Source: Kiritimatiellia bacterium (GTDB lineage Bacteria > Verrucomicrobiota > Kiritimatiellia > JAAZAB01). From it: a stretch of DNA of 64,000 nucleotides. Shown in pieces: positions 9,329-18,547 of this stretch. The notes beneath the pieces are model-generated. The model was given only the letters and a program-made list of their open reading frames with translations. It searched no databases and had not been told where the DNA came from. Location: the NCBI GenBank assembly GCA_040767085.1, contig JAXGPF010000004.1:192001-256000 (forward strand), given 5' to 3'. A program made the position numbers and the translations under genes. Position 1 is the stretch's first letter. Each line of letters opens with the position of its first letter.

Positions 9329-10732
9329 TTACTCCGCGGCGGCGCCGCGAGCCGGCGGCGCCATGGCCCCCAGCACGCGCAGAACATTTTCCAGCCCGAT
9401 CCCGCGCGAGCCCTTCAGCAAAACCATGTCGCCCGGCCGCGCGGATTGCTCCAGAACCGCGGCCGCCTCCGCCGTCCCGGCGCACCGGAAGATGCGGTCC
9501 GGCGACAAGCCGCCGGCGGCCGCCCCGTCGGCGATCAGCGCGGCCAGTTCGCCCACCGTCACCAGCCCCTGCCAGGGGCCGGCCGCAACCTGCCGGCCCA
9601 ATTCCCGGTGCAGGTCCGCGGCTGCGTCGCCCAGTTCCAGCATACCGCCGAGCACCAGCCACTTACGGGCGCCCGGCAACCCGCCGTAGGTCCGCAAAGC
9701 CTCCGCCATGCTCATGGGATTAGCGTTGTAGGCGTCGTTGATCAAGGCCAGCCCGCGCCAAACACTGGACTCCCAGCGCATGGGCGGCGGACGGTATCGT
9801 TCCAGGGCCTGGAGAATAACCGGCCATTCCAATCCCCAGGCCCGCCCGACGGCCGCGGCAAAAAGCATGTTCGCCAGGTTATGGCGGCCGGGCACAGGCG
9901 GACGCGCGCGCCACTCCCGACCGCCCGCGCGTTCGCCGAACACGGCCAGGCCGTCCGCGTCCATGCGCGCCTGGAAGTCCGGGGACGCGCCGGATGACTC
10001 CGGCGCCACCGCCACCGACAGCACCCGGCAGGGCGCCGCCGCCCGCAATGTCCCGTACCAGGGGGCATCCGCGCGCAACACCGCCAGCCCTTTGGCCGGC
10101 AAAGCGCGCAGCAATTCCGCCTTGGCCCGGGCGATGGCCGTTTCGGATTTGAAAAACTCCAGGTGCACGGGGGCGACGTTGGTGACCACGCCCCAATCCG
10201 GCGCCATGATCCGGCATAACGCCTCCATTTCCCCGGGATGATTCACGCCCGCCTCGAACACGCCCGCCTGCGCTTCCGACAGCATGTTGAGCAGGCTCAG
10301 CGGCAGGCCGATGTGATTATTCCAGTTGCCCCGCGAGCGGGCCGTCGGCAACGCCGCCGCCAGCACATCGGCGATCATCTCCTTGACCGTGGTTTTGCCA
10401 GCGCTGCCGGTGACACCCACGATCCGCGCGGACCGCGTCCGGCGGTATCCAGCGGCCATGGCTTGCAGCGCTTGCAGGGGATCGGCCGCGCGCAACAGCG
10501 GCCCGCCGCCGGCGGGATGTTCCGGCCTGACCACCGCGCCGGCGGCGCCGCGGCGGAAGGCTTCGGCGACGTAAGCATGGCCGTCGCAATGCGCGCCCGG
10601 CAACGCCACGAAAAGCGCGCCGGGATCGACGGCGCGGGAATCCGCGGTGACGGCGGTGATGGCGCGCGGCGCGCCGCCTTCCCAGGCGCCGCCGCACCAT
10701 CGTGCCAATGCATGTGGCTCCAGTCCGGCCAT
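9329..10732 (-). CDS. murF: UDP-MurNAc-tripeptide:D-Ala-D-Ala ligase
   Basis: VTGSAGKTTVKE, NNHIGLP, NDAYNANP, LLKGSRG. Confidence 0.95.
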   Translation of the reverse strand: MAGLEPHALARWCGGAWEGGAPRAITAVTADSRAVDPGALFVALPGAHCDGHAYVAEAFRRGAAGAVVRPEHPAGGGPLLRAADPLQALQAMAAGYRRTRSARIVGVTGSAGKTTVKEMIADVLAAALPTARSRGNWNNHIGLPLSLLNMLSEAQAGVFEAGVNHPGEMEALCRIMAPDWGVVTNVAPVHLEFFKSETAIARAKAELLRALPAKGLAVLRADAPWYGTLRAAAPCRVLSVAVAPESSGASPDFQARMDADGLAVFGERAGGREWRARPPVPGRHNLANMLFAAAVGRAWGLEWPVILQALERYRPPPMRWESSVWRGLALINDAYNANPMSMAEALRTYGGLPGARKWLVLGGMLELGDAAADLHRELGRQVAAGPWQGLVTVGELAALIADGAAAGGLSPDRIFRCAGTAEAAAVLEQSARPGDMVLLKGSRGIGLENVLRVLGAMAPPARGAAAE

Positions 10733-10733
10733 G

Positions 10734-12206
10734 TCAGGATTTAACCCCCAGGCATTCCCGCACCACCTGGCGATCGTCGAATGGAATCACCGTATCGGCG
10801 AATTCCTGGTAATTTTCATGGCCTTTGCCGGCGATGAGCACCACATCGCCGCGCTCGGCCAGCGACAAAGCCCGCACGATGGCCTCGTAACGGTCTTCCA
10901 CGACTTCGAAGTTGTCATGCCCGGCAAAGCCGGCGCGCACCTCGGCGATGATCTCGGATGGATTTTCCTTGCGGGGATTGTCAGAGGTCACAATCGCGTA
11001 ATCCGCCAACTCCGCCGCCGCCGCGCCCATCAGCGGCCGTTTGCGCCGGTCCCGGTCGCCGCCGCAGCCAAACACCACGATCAAGCGCCCGGCGGTGATC
11101 TCGCGCATGGTGGATAAAACGTTTTGCAGGGCATCGGCGGTATGGGCGTAATCCACGAAAACCTGGAAACCGGCGCGGCTTTCAATTTGCTCCAGGCGGC
11201 CCGGCACCGATTCCATGGTGTTCAACACCGGCGCGATCGATGGCAAATCCACTCCCAGCGCGGCGCAGGCTCCCAGTGCCGCCAGCGCGTTGTAAACGTT
11301 GAAACGGCCCAGCAGGCGCAGCCGCAAAGGCAGCGTGCCCCAGGGAGTCACGGCTTCGAACACGCTGCCGCGCGGGCTCAACTGCAGATTGACAGCCCGG
11401 ATCTGGGCCCGGGGATGCTGGATGCCATACGCGATGGCCGACGCGTGTTTGGCCGCCAGTTCCAACAGGCGGGGGCCATGCCGATCGTCCAGGTTGATCA
11501 AGGCCGTCTGGCCGGGCTGGCCCCGCAAGCCGCGGAAGAGCAGACTTTTGGCCTCGTAATAGCCATCCACGGTTTGATGGTAATCCAGGTGGTCATGCGT
11601 CAGATTGGTAAAAACGGCGACATCGTAGTCAATGCCCCAGGTTCGCCGCTGCACCAAGCCGTGGGAGGAAACTTCCATGATGGCGCTCTGACATCCCGCG
11701 CTGACCATTTGCGCGAGCATGTTATGCAGGTCGATGGATTCCGGCGTGGTCCGCGCGGCGGGAATGGATCGGTCGCCGATTTCATAACGGATGGTGCCGA
11801 TCAAACCCGGCCGCAGTCCGGCGGTTTGCAGGATGTTCCGCGCCATGGCGGCGGTCGTGGTTTTGCCATTGGTGCCGGTGATGCCCAACATCCGCAGGCG
11901 CCGCGCCGGATAGTCATAAAAAACCGCCGCCATTTCCGCCATCACCTGCCGCACATCGCCCACGCGCACGAACAGCGTGTGCCCGCGGGGCAGTGTCAAC
12001 GGGTCGCGGGTGACAATCATCGCGGCGCCGCGCGTCAGCGCATCCTGAACGAAACGGCTGCCGTCAAGTTTGTTGCCCGGCACCGCGAAAAAAGCCTGGC
12101 CAGGCTTGACTTGTCGCGAATCCAGCGCCAATCCCTTGATTTCGACGCCCGGATCGCCATGCGACTCCAGCACCTGCGTCGCCGCCAATAAAACGCTTGC
12201 CTTCAT
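10734..12206 (-). CDS. murE: UDP-MurNAc-dipeptide:meso-DAP ligase
   Basis: ITGTNGKTT, EVSSHG, VDYAHT, DNPR (meso-DAP type), AGKGHE. Confidence 0.96.
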   Translation of the reverse strand: MKASVLLAATQVLESHGDPGVEIKGLALDSRQVKPGQAFFAVPGNKLDGSRFVQDALTRGAAMIVTRDPLTLPRGHTLFVRVGDVRQVMAEMAAVFYDYPARRLRMLGITGTNGKTTTAAMARNILQTAGLRPGLIGTIRYEIGDRSIPAARTTPESIDLHNMLAQMVSAGCQSAIMEVSSHGLVQRRTWGIDYDVAVFTNLTHDHLDYHQTVDGYYEAKSLLFRGLRGQPGQTALINLDDRHGPRLLELAAKHASAIAYGIQHPRAQIRAVNLQLSPRGSVFEAVTPWGTLPLRLRLLGRFNVYNALAALGACAALGVDLPSIAPVLNTMESVPGRLEQIESRAGFQVFVDYAHTADALQNVLSTMREITAGRLIVVFGCGGDRDRRKRPLMGAAAAELADYAIVTSDNPRKENPSEIIAEVRAGFAGHDNFEVVEDRYEAIVRALSLAERGDVVLIAGKGHENYQEFADTVIPFDDRQVVRECLGVKS

Positions 12207-12261
12207 AACCCCTTTTCCCCGCTAGCATTCGACGCGTCCAGCGCCTCCCTGGTTCCCGGCT

Positions 12262-13989
12262 TCAGCGCGCGTCCGCCAACGCCAGCGGCGCTGGCGCAAG
12301 AATATCCAGATAACGCACTGTCTCCGCTGCAATCGCACTGAAAACCGGGCCGGCCGCCGCGCCGCCGGTGCGCGTTTGTTTTGGCTCATCCAAGACCACG
12401 ATGATCGCCAGTTGCGGCGCTTCCGCCGGAATTACTCCCACAAAGGAAGACATGTTCAACAGGTCCGAATACCCGCCGGCCACCGGTTTCTGCGCCGTGC
12501 CGGTTTTACCGGCGACGGTATATCCTTCCACGCGCGCCCGCCGCCCGGTGCCGCCCTCTTCGGTGACACGCGTGAGCAGTTTCAACATGCAGTCCGCGCT
12601 GGCGGGACTAATCGGGCGTCCCAGTTCGACCGGCTCCTGGCGCGTCAGCACCCGTCCTTCACTGTCGCGGACTTCCCGCACCACGTACGGCCGCAGCAGC
12701 ACACCGCCATTAGCGATGGCGCAAATCACCCCCAGCATCTGCAGCGAAGTCATGGCGACTTCGTGCCCCATGGCGATGCGGGTAATGCTCAAAGGCGTCC
12801 AGCGCGCCAGAGGATGCAAGGTTCCGCCTTCCTCCCCGGGCAGGTCTATGCCCATGGGCCGGCCCATGCCGAAGGCCCGCAGATATTCATGCAAACGCTC
12901 CGGCCCCAACGCCAGTGCGATTTTGGCCGCGCCGATATTGCTGGATTTCTTGATGATGTCGGCCACTGACAGCCGGCCGTAGGGATGATAATCCCGCAGA
13001 GGCCGCCGCTGGTAAATCCAGGCGCCGTTCTCGCAGTCAAAAACTTGGTCGGGATGCACCGCCCCCGCGTCCAGCGCCGCGGCGATCACCGCCATCTTGA
13101 ATGTGGAGCCCGGCTCGTAGTTGTAGGCGATGCAGCGATTGCGACGCGCCTCCGGATCGGCGTTGCGGAAATCGTTCCCGTCATAGGCCGGGTAACCGGC
13201 CATGGCCAGGATTTCCCCGGTCGCAATCCGCTCGACAATCGCCCAGCCCGCCAGGGCCCGCTGCTCCGCCACTGCCTGGCGCACCGCCTGCTCGGCAATG
13301 TACTGCACATAATGGTCCAGCGTCAACACCAGGTCCGCCCCGGGGCGTGGCCGGATTTCCAGCAGGCGCCGGTCATACAGTTCACGACGGCGCCCATCCA
13401 ACTCGCTGATCAGCATGCCCGGCGCCCCGCGCAGGTAACGTTCCCAGCGCTGCTCCACTCCCGCGCTGCCCTGCCGTTCCAGGTTGACATAGCCCAGCAC
13501 GTGGCAGAGACTATCGCCGCGGGGATACACCCGCACCATGTTTTCGCGCATGAACACCCCGGGCAGATGCCGGGAACGCAAAACCTCCGCCAGGTCCTGG
13601 TCCACCGTCCGGCCATATCCCAGCACGGTGACATCACGGCTGCCGGGGCGGTTTAGCCGGTCGCGCAAATCGCCGGCATCCAGTGCCAGCAGTTGGGCCA
13701 ACTCCTGCGCCACCCGGTCCAGACTATTCTGCCGGACAATCGTTTCCGGGTCCGCGCGCACTTCCTGGCGCACCAGGTCCAAAGCCAGCAAGTGCTCCTG
13801 GCAATCCAGAATTTTTCCGCGCCCGACCGTCAGGCTTTTTTCCAGGCGCCGCAGTTCCGCAATACGCTCCCGCCGTTGTTCGCAGGGTCCGGCATGCAGG
13901 TAGACCAGGCGCGCGCTTAACCCGCCCATCAGGATGAAGAGCAATCCCAGCGTCAGCCATAAGCGGATTTGCAGTTTGCGGTCAGTCAT
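12262..13989 (-). CDS. ftsI: class B penicillin-binding protein PBP3
   Basis: GSTFK (SxxK), KSSNIG (SxN), KTGTAQK; N-terminal TM; dcw position. Confidence 0.92.
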   Translation of the reverse strand: MTDRKLQIRLWLTLGLLFILMGGLSARLVYLHAGPCEQRRERIAELRRLEKSLTVGRGKILDCQEHLLALDLVRQEVRADPETIVRQNSLDRVAQELAQLLALDAGDLRDRLNRPGSRDVTVLGYGRTVDQDLAEVLRSRHLPGVFMRENMVRVYPRGDSLCHVLGYVNLERQGSAGVEQRWERYLRGAPGMLISELDGRRRELYDRRLLEIRPRPGADLVLTLDHYVQYIAEQAVRQAVAEQRALAGWAIVERIATGEILAMAGYPAYDGNDFRNADPEARRNRCIAYNYEPGSTFKMAVIAAALDAGAVHPDQVFDCENGAWIYQRRPLRDYHPYGRLSVADIIKKSSNIGAAKIALALGPERLHEYLRAFGMGRPMGIDLPGEEGGTLHPLARWTPLSITRIAMGHEVAMTSLQMLGVICAIANGGVLLRPYVVREVRDSEGRVLTRQEPVELGRPISPASADCMLKLLTRVTEEGGTGRRARVEGYTVAGKTGTAQKPVAGGYSDLLNMSSFVGVIPAEAPQLAIIVVLDEPKQTRTGGAAAGPVFSAIAAETVRYLDILAPAPLALADAR

Positions 13990-14356
13990 TCATCAGGGTC
14001 CTGGATGAATCCGCCAGATGCGCCAGGTAGCCGACATCATTCGGCGTCCGCCGCGCCGGCAGGCGCACTACGTCGCGGGCTTCCGGCGCAATCATGACCA
14101 GGCGGTTCCGCGCCAGCGCCTGCTCGATGCTGGCCGGCGATTTGAGCATTTCCCACTTGGACAATTCATGCGCGCAGGATTTGGTCGCCTCGGCCAGCTC
14201 TTTTTCCAGCACCTTGATGCGCGCCCCCAGAGCGTGGGCCTGGGCATCCAACCAGATGTAGGACAACAGCAGCGTCGCCGTCAGCGCCAGGAAAACCGCC
14301 GCCGGCAGGGGAAAAGCAAAACCTGCATTGTTGCGTTTGCGGTTTTTAGCGGACAT
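13982..14356 (-). CDS. ftsL: FtsL-like cell division protein
   Basis: Single TM followed by a coiled coil, between rsmH and ftsI. Confidence 0.6.
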   Translation of the reverse strand: MSAKNRKRNNAGFAFPLPAAVFLALTATLLLSYIWLDAQAHALGARIKVLEKELAEATKSCAHELSKWEMLKSPASIEQALARNRLVMIAPEARDVVRLPARRTPNDVGYLAHLADSSRTLMND

Positions 14357-15299
14357 GATTTGATCCTCCTTGATTCGATTGACAAATTTCCAGCACCCTC
14401 AACCGGGCGGAACGCGCCCGGGGATTCGCCCGCACTTCCTCCGGCATGGGCGTTGCCGGTTTGCGGGTCAACGCCCGCACCAGCGGCGTTTCGCCGCAGA
14501 ACCGCCAGCCGCCGGCCGGCAGCGACTCGCGGCGCAACATGTGGCGCCGCGCCGTCTGCTTGACCAGCCGATCTTCCAGGCTGTGATACGACAGCACCGC
14601 CAGCCTGCCGCCGGGCCGCAACAGCCGCAGCGCTTCCTCCAGTCCTTTTTCCAGACATTCCAATTCGCGATTGACCGCTATCCGCAGCGCCTGGAACACC
14701 CGGGTCGCCGGGTGAATGCGCCCGCCTTGCCGTCCGCCGGCCGCGACCGCCGCCGCCAAATCCAACGTGTTGCGCAAGGCATGGCGCTCGCGTTCCCGCA
14801 GGATCGCCCGCGCCATCCGGCCGGCGGCCGGCTCATCGCCGTAACGCCACAGCCAATCGCGCAACTGTTTTTCATCCGTGCCGTGCAGCAGGTCCGCCGC
14901 CGTCACACCGGCGCCGGTCTGGTCCATGCGCATATCCAGCGGACCAGCCTGCCGGAAACTGAAACCGCGTTCCGGGCTGTCCAACTGCTCCGACGACACT
15001 CCCAAATCCAGAATAATCCCGTCTAAAGCGCCGGCGCCGAAACGCCGGACTATCTCCGCCATTTCCGCAAAATTGCCATGCGCCAGCCGGCATTGCTCCT
15101 GCCAGGGCGCCAGGCGCGCGGCGGCCCGCTCCACCGCCGCCGCATCGCGGTCTATGCCTATCAGCAGGCAGGCGCCCTGCAACCGCTCCAACAGGGCCTG
15201 CGCATGGCCGCCGCTGCCAAGCGTTCCATCCAGGTATATCCCGCCGGGCCGCAAAGCCAATCCATCCAAAACCTCCCGGACCATCACCGGTTCATGCAT
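14346..15299 (-). CDS. rsmH: 16S rRNA m4C1402 methyltransferase
   Basis: MHEPVM, DGTLGSGGHA, DLGVSS.QLD..ERGFSF, HPATRVFQALRIAVN, NPRARSARLR. Confidence 0.96.
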   Translation of the reverse strand: MHEPVMVREVLDGLALRPGGIYLDGTLGSGGHAQALLERLQGACLLIGIDRDAAAVERAAARLAPWQEQCRLAHGNFAEMAEIVRRFGAGALDGIILDLGVSSEQLDSPERGFSFRQAGPLDMRMDQTGAGVTAADLLHGTDEKQLRDWLWRYGDEPAAGRMARAILRERERHALRNTLDLAAAVAAGGRQGGRIHPATRVFQALRIAVNRELECLEKGLEEALRLLRPGGRLAVLSYHSLEDRLVKQTARRHMLRRESLPAGGWRFCGETPLVRALTRKPATPMPEEVRANPRARSARLRVLEICQSNQGGSNHVR

Positions 15300-15312
15300 G
15301 CCGGATGCTCCG

Positions 15313-15525
15313 TCACAGCGGACACGCAGCCGTCTGCTGTTCCGCATATTCCAGATTGCGCAGCTTGAGCTTCATGATCTCGGTTTCGTAACACATGCTG
15401 CAAAAACCGTGGGAATACCTGGCCCCGGGATCGGCCGGGGCCGTCCGGTAGCGCCAGATTCCCATCATTTCATCCCGTTCGCGGCCGCAAATACAGCATT
15501 TCGTGGTGACCTTCGGGGCTTGCAT
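15313..15525 (-). CDS. small putative zinc-binding protein (70 aa)
   Basis: GGAGG 5 nt before the ATG; KCCICG...YSHGFCSMC (CxxC + SHGxCxxC). Confidence 0.7.
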   Translation of the reverse strand: MQAPKVTTKCCICGRERDEMMGIWRYRTAPADPGARYSHGFCSMCYETEIMKLKLRNLEYAEQQTAACPL

Positions 15526-15586
15526 ATATGCCTCCCTCGATGTTAGCGACGTATCCCGCCCCATGCTTCCGCCATGCAACATGGCC

Positions 15587-15859
15587 TTAAACGCTGAGCC
15601 ATGAACCGGCATTCAACCAGCATCCGCTCCCCGCCGTGGATAAACGCGCCCGGCCATCTGCCGGCCGCGGCATCTGCGGCGCCGCCGGCGACGTTCCCGG
15701 CTGCACCGGCAGAATCTGCATGGTGGGTTCCATCACGCAGTCATGCACGCCGAAGCGCACCGAACGCAAAATCCTTTTGGGGAAGGTAAACCATCGTCCG
15801 TCATCCCGATCGGTTTCCAGCACGCGGTTCCATCCCATTAAGCGCAATCTTGACGTCAT
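15587..15859 (-). CDS. small hypothetical protein (90 aa)
   Basis: AGGAG before the ATG; co-oriented between mraZ and the Zn-finger ORF; no recognised motif. Confidence 0.5.
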   Translation of the reverse strand: MTSRLRLMGWNRVLETDRDDGRWFTFPKRILRSVRFGVHDCVMEPTMQILPVQPGTSPAAPQMPRPADGRARLSTAGSGCWLNAGSWLSV

Positions 15860-15952
15860 TTTTTACATCTCCTGATCGGTTGGCCGCTGCAACCATCGCC
15901 TCAAAACTTGTCCAGGCCGACTCCGCTCCCGCGCCGCTCGCGGCGGCGGCCG

Positions 15953-16435
15953 TCAAAGATCCACATAGCGCAATGCATCTTCGATGGTGGCGTCGCCTAC
16001 GGCGCTGGCCGCGCGCCAGGCTTCCGGATCCCAGGCCTCGAAATGATCAAATGCTCCGATCAACTCGACCTGTTCCGTAATCCCAGCCTGCGCCAGCAAA
16101 TCGTCCTTAATCCGGATACGCCCCTGGGTATCCCATTCCAGCAACTCGGAATTCGCCGCCAGCACGCGCGCCAGCACGCGCGCCCGGCGGTCGGCAATGC
16201 CGATCTGCCGGAACTTGGCCAGCCGATGGGCCATTTCAGCGGCGGGGTAAATGTATAAACACTTGTCGCCGTTCAACCCGGGCAATACGTACAAGCGTTT
16301 CAAGGGTCCGGCTTGATCCCGCCACTCCGCCGGTATGGTCAGACGTTTTTTCGGGTCCAGCGAATGCCGGAAATGGCTGACAAACCCACCCGCGGCCGCA
16401 TCGGTATTATTCGGCAACGCGTCCTTTGAGCTCAC
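15953..16435 (-). CDS. mraZ: division/cell wall cluster transcriptional repressor
   Basis: LDPKKRLTIP and WDTQGRIRI (two DxxGR-type motifs), IGAFDHFEAWD; GTG start behind a G-rich SD. Confidence 0.93.
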   Translation of the reverse strand: MSSKDALPNNTDAAAGGFVSHFRHSLDPKKRLTIPAEWRDQAGPLKRLYVLPGLNGDKCLYIYPAAEMAHRLAKFRQIGIADRRARVLARVLAANSELLEWDTQGRIRIKDDLLAQAGITEQVELIGAFDHFEAWDPEAWRAASAVGDATIEDALRYVDL

Positions 16436-16485
16436 CTTCCCCCCTCTTTTGACACAATTCAACACTTTGCCCCACCATTTGTCAA
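16433..16485 (-). promoter_or_regulatory. dcw promoter with MraZ-binding repeats
   Basis: TTGACA (16485-16480), then GTG boxes at 10-bp spacing (16475, 16465, 16455, degenerate near 16445, 16435): GTGGGgcaaa GTGTTgaatt GTGTCaaaa. Confidence 0.75.
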
Positions 16486-16546
16486 CATTTTTTTGCTTTT
16501 TTTTCATTTTTTTGAATCGGCCTCCCGGCGGCAGCCGGAATGAATG

Positions 16547-16573
16547 TTGGACTGCGGCTACGCCGCAGTCCAA
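16547..16573. repeat. perfect hairpin, REP-like (GGA[C/G]TGCG type)
   Basis: TTGGACTGCGGC-TAC-GCCGCAGTCCAA, 12-bp stem, between divergent genes. Confidence 0.6.
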
Positions 16574-16644
16574 AAAAGTCCATCACAACAAACTCCTACG
16601 GAAATGACATGCGCCATCTCTCCGGGCCGCGGTTAAAATATTTT

Positions 16645-16673
16645 TTGACCCGGCCATTCGGTTCTGTTATCAT
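16645..16673 (+). promoter_or_regulatory. sigma70-type promoter
   Basis: TTGACC-N17-TATCAT with an extended-10 TG, 50 nt upstream of 16723. Confidence 0.6.
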
Positions 16674-16722
16674 TGAACCCGTCAAACCTGAAAAATCGCG
16701 CAACGAATGAGGAGCATTCACC

Positions 16723-17211
16723 ATGCATAAATCAACCGTGATTTCCGCCGCCGGCGCCATTGCCATCCTGCTGGCCGGCCGCTTGGCAGCCGCTGAACCG
16801 GCCCCGGCCGCCGCGCCATCGGCCTTCGCCCCCGCGCAAGCCGCGCCCGGCCAGCCGGAGACGCCGCCCAAACCTTTTAACGTGGAAATGAGCGCGGAAT
16901 TCATGCGCAAGGTGATGGAAACCAGCGCCAAGATCGAAGCCATCAAAAAGCAGGCCGCTGAGCGACGCGCGGAAATTTTCAAGACCAATACGGAAATCCA
17001 AAGCCACCAAAAACAAATGGTGGCGCTGCAGAAAAAAATCAATGCCATTCTCGCAGCCGACGGAGAATTGACCGGCCTGGAAATGGAACGCGATATTCTC
17101 CTGACCATCATGCCGGCCATGCCCGCGGCGCGGGTGCGGGCCGGAGCACCGGCGGGATTGTTCCCGATGATCAACCGGGCGCCGGTGACGCCGCCGCCGG
17201 CCGTTCAGTGA
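16723..17211 (+). CDS. secreted coiled-coil hypothetical protein
   Basis: GAGGAG SD, signal peptide, Ala/Pro linker, heptad-rich helix. Confidence 0.7.
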   Translation: MHKSTVISAAGAIAILLAGRLAAAEPAPAAAPSAFAPAQAAPGQPETPPKPFNVEMSAEFMRKVMETSAKIEAIKKQAAERRAEIFKTNTEIQSHQKQMVALQKKINAILAADGELTGLEMERDILLTIMPAMPAARVRAGAPAGLFPMINRAPVTPPPAVQ

Positions 17212-17234
17212 CATCCGCCTGCAAGGAGATATAA

Positions 17235-17714
17235 ATGGCGAGTCAGGTTTTGATTGTTTATTTTTCGCGTTCCGGCAACACCGCCCGCATGGCGGAACTC
17301 GTCGCCGAAGGCGTGCGCCAGGGCGGCGCCGAATCCGCGGTCAAGGCGGTGGCGGAAGCTAAAATCAGCGACCTGGCGGAAGCGCAGGGAATTATCCTGG
17401 GCTCGCCCACTTACTACGGCTCCATGGCCGCCGAAATCAAATGCTTTATTGACGCCAGCGTCAAACTGCACGGCCAGTTGGCCGGCAAGGTCGGCGGAGC
17501 TTTCACCTCTTCCGGCGGTATTGCGGGGGGGAACGAAACCACCGTCCTGGATATGCTCAAAGCCCTGCTGATCCACGGCATGGTGATTCCCGGCAACTGC
17601 AACGGCGATCATTACGGTCCGGTCGCCGTCGGCGCGCCGGACCAGCGCGCGGCGGACCAATGCCGCCTGCTGGGCAAGATGGTCGGGGAATTAGCCGTTA
17701 AGCTGCACGGTTAA
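17235..17714 (+). CDS. flavodoxin-like NAD(P)H:quinone oxidoreductase (WrbA family)
   Basis: YFSRSGNTARMA FMN loop, GSPTYYG, GKVGGAFTSSGG..GGNETT. Confidence 0.88.
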   Translation: MASQVLIVYFSRSGNTARMAELVAEGVRQGGAESAVKAVAEAKISDLAEAQGIILGSPTYYGSMAAEIKCFIDASVKLHGQLAGKVGGAFTSSGGIAGGNETTVLDMLKALLIHGMVIPGNCNGDHYGPVAVGAPDQRAADQCRLLGKMVGELAVKLHG

Positions 17715-18547
17715 TGCCCGGCGCGGGCAGGCCGCGCGGCGGCCGGCGGGAATACCAATTTCAGGCCGTCAAAGATTTTGCGTCCCCAATGTGTCACGCG
17801 GAAATATTCCCTGGGCGCATCATCGGGAAGACCGTAGCGTTGATTGATCAGCGCGTGGCGCTGCCGGAATTTTTTTAAATATCCCGCACGGGTCGGCGCC
17901 GGCTGGCCGGCATTCCACGGCAGCCATTCGAAAATCTGCGAGGCATGGCACAGCGCCATCCGCTGCTTGACGGCATACACGCTGGAAATATCCACGGCGT
18001 AATCATAGCCCCGCTCGCCGGCGTAGGGATCATCCACGTTGATGATCAGCGGGTTGAGCGCCAGCGGCTTCGCCGGCCCGTTCAACGTGGGATAGGCATG
18101 CGGCACCGAGAGTTGATACGCCGTCATCCGCACGGCGCAAGCCGTGTTATAATGGTCGATATGAATCCCCGCCAGGGGATCCCCGACCACCGGAGGGCAG
18201 AAGATAAAGTCCGGCTCGAAATCCCGGATGGCGTTCCACAGGCCGCCCAGGGTGTTCCGATCGAGGAAAAACTGGCCCGGCACATGCTGGCCGTCCAGAC
18301 CGGCCAGGCATTCATACTCCGCGCCGATCAGCGCCGCGCTCCGCCGCGCCTCCCGATCGCGCCGGGCAAAAGTTTCGTCGGACGTCATTTCATGATGCCC
18401 GGAAGCGCCGCGGGTGGTGGCCAGGATTTTCAGTCGCAGACGCCGGCCGTAGCGCCGGCGCAGCAGGGCGAACAATCCTCCGGCGTTAAATTCGAAGTCA
18501 TCCTGGTGGGCCATGATGGACATGACCCCGATTGTTTTTTGTTTCAT
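17711..18547 (-). CDS. PIG-L/LmbE-family deacetylase
   Basis: AHQDD and HIDH metal motifs, RDREA; ATGA overlap with the regulator gene. Confidence 0.85.
   Translation of the reverse strand: MKQKTIGVMSIMAHQDDFEFNAGGLFALLRRRYGRRLRLKILATTRGASGHHEMTSDETFARRDREARRSAALIGAEYECLAGLDGQHVPGQFFLDRNTLGGLWNAIRDFEPDFIFCPPVVGDPLAGIHIDHYNTACAVRMTAYQLSVPHAYPTLNGPAKPLALNPLIINVDDPYAGERGYDYAVDISSVYAVKQRMALCHASQIFEWLPWNAGQPAPTRAGYLKKFRQRHALINQRYGLPDDAPREYFRVTHWGRKIFDGLKLVFPPAAARPARAGH

Noticed and set aside
9309-9662. N-terminal extensions in the ORF track (mraY, rsmH, mraZ, 24041, 25137, 27748, 34636, transposase)
   Set aside because: They overlap neighbouring genes or promoters; downstream starts have SD sequences and family-typical N-termini
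17711-17714. Convergent gene overlaps (17711-17714, 55691-55709, 63784-63827)
   Set aside because: Short tail-to-tail overlaps are common in compact GC-rich genomes
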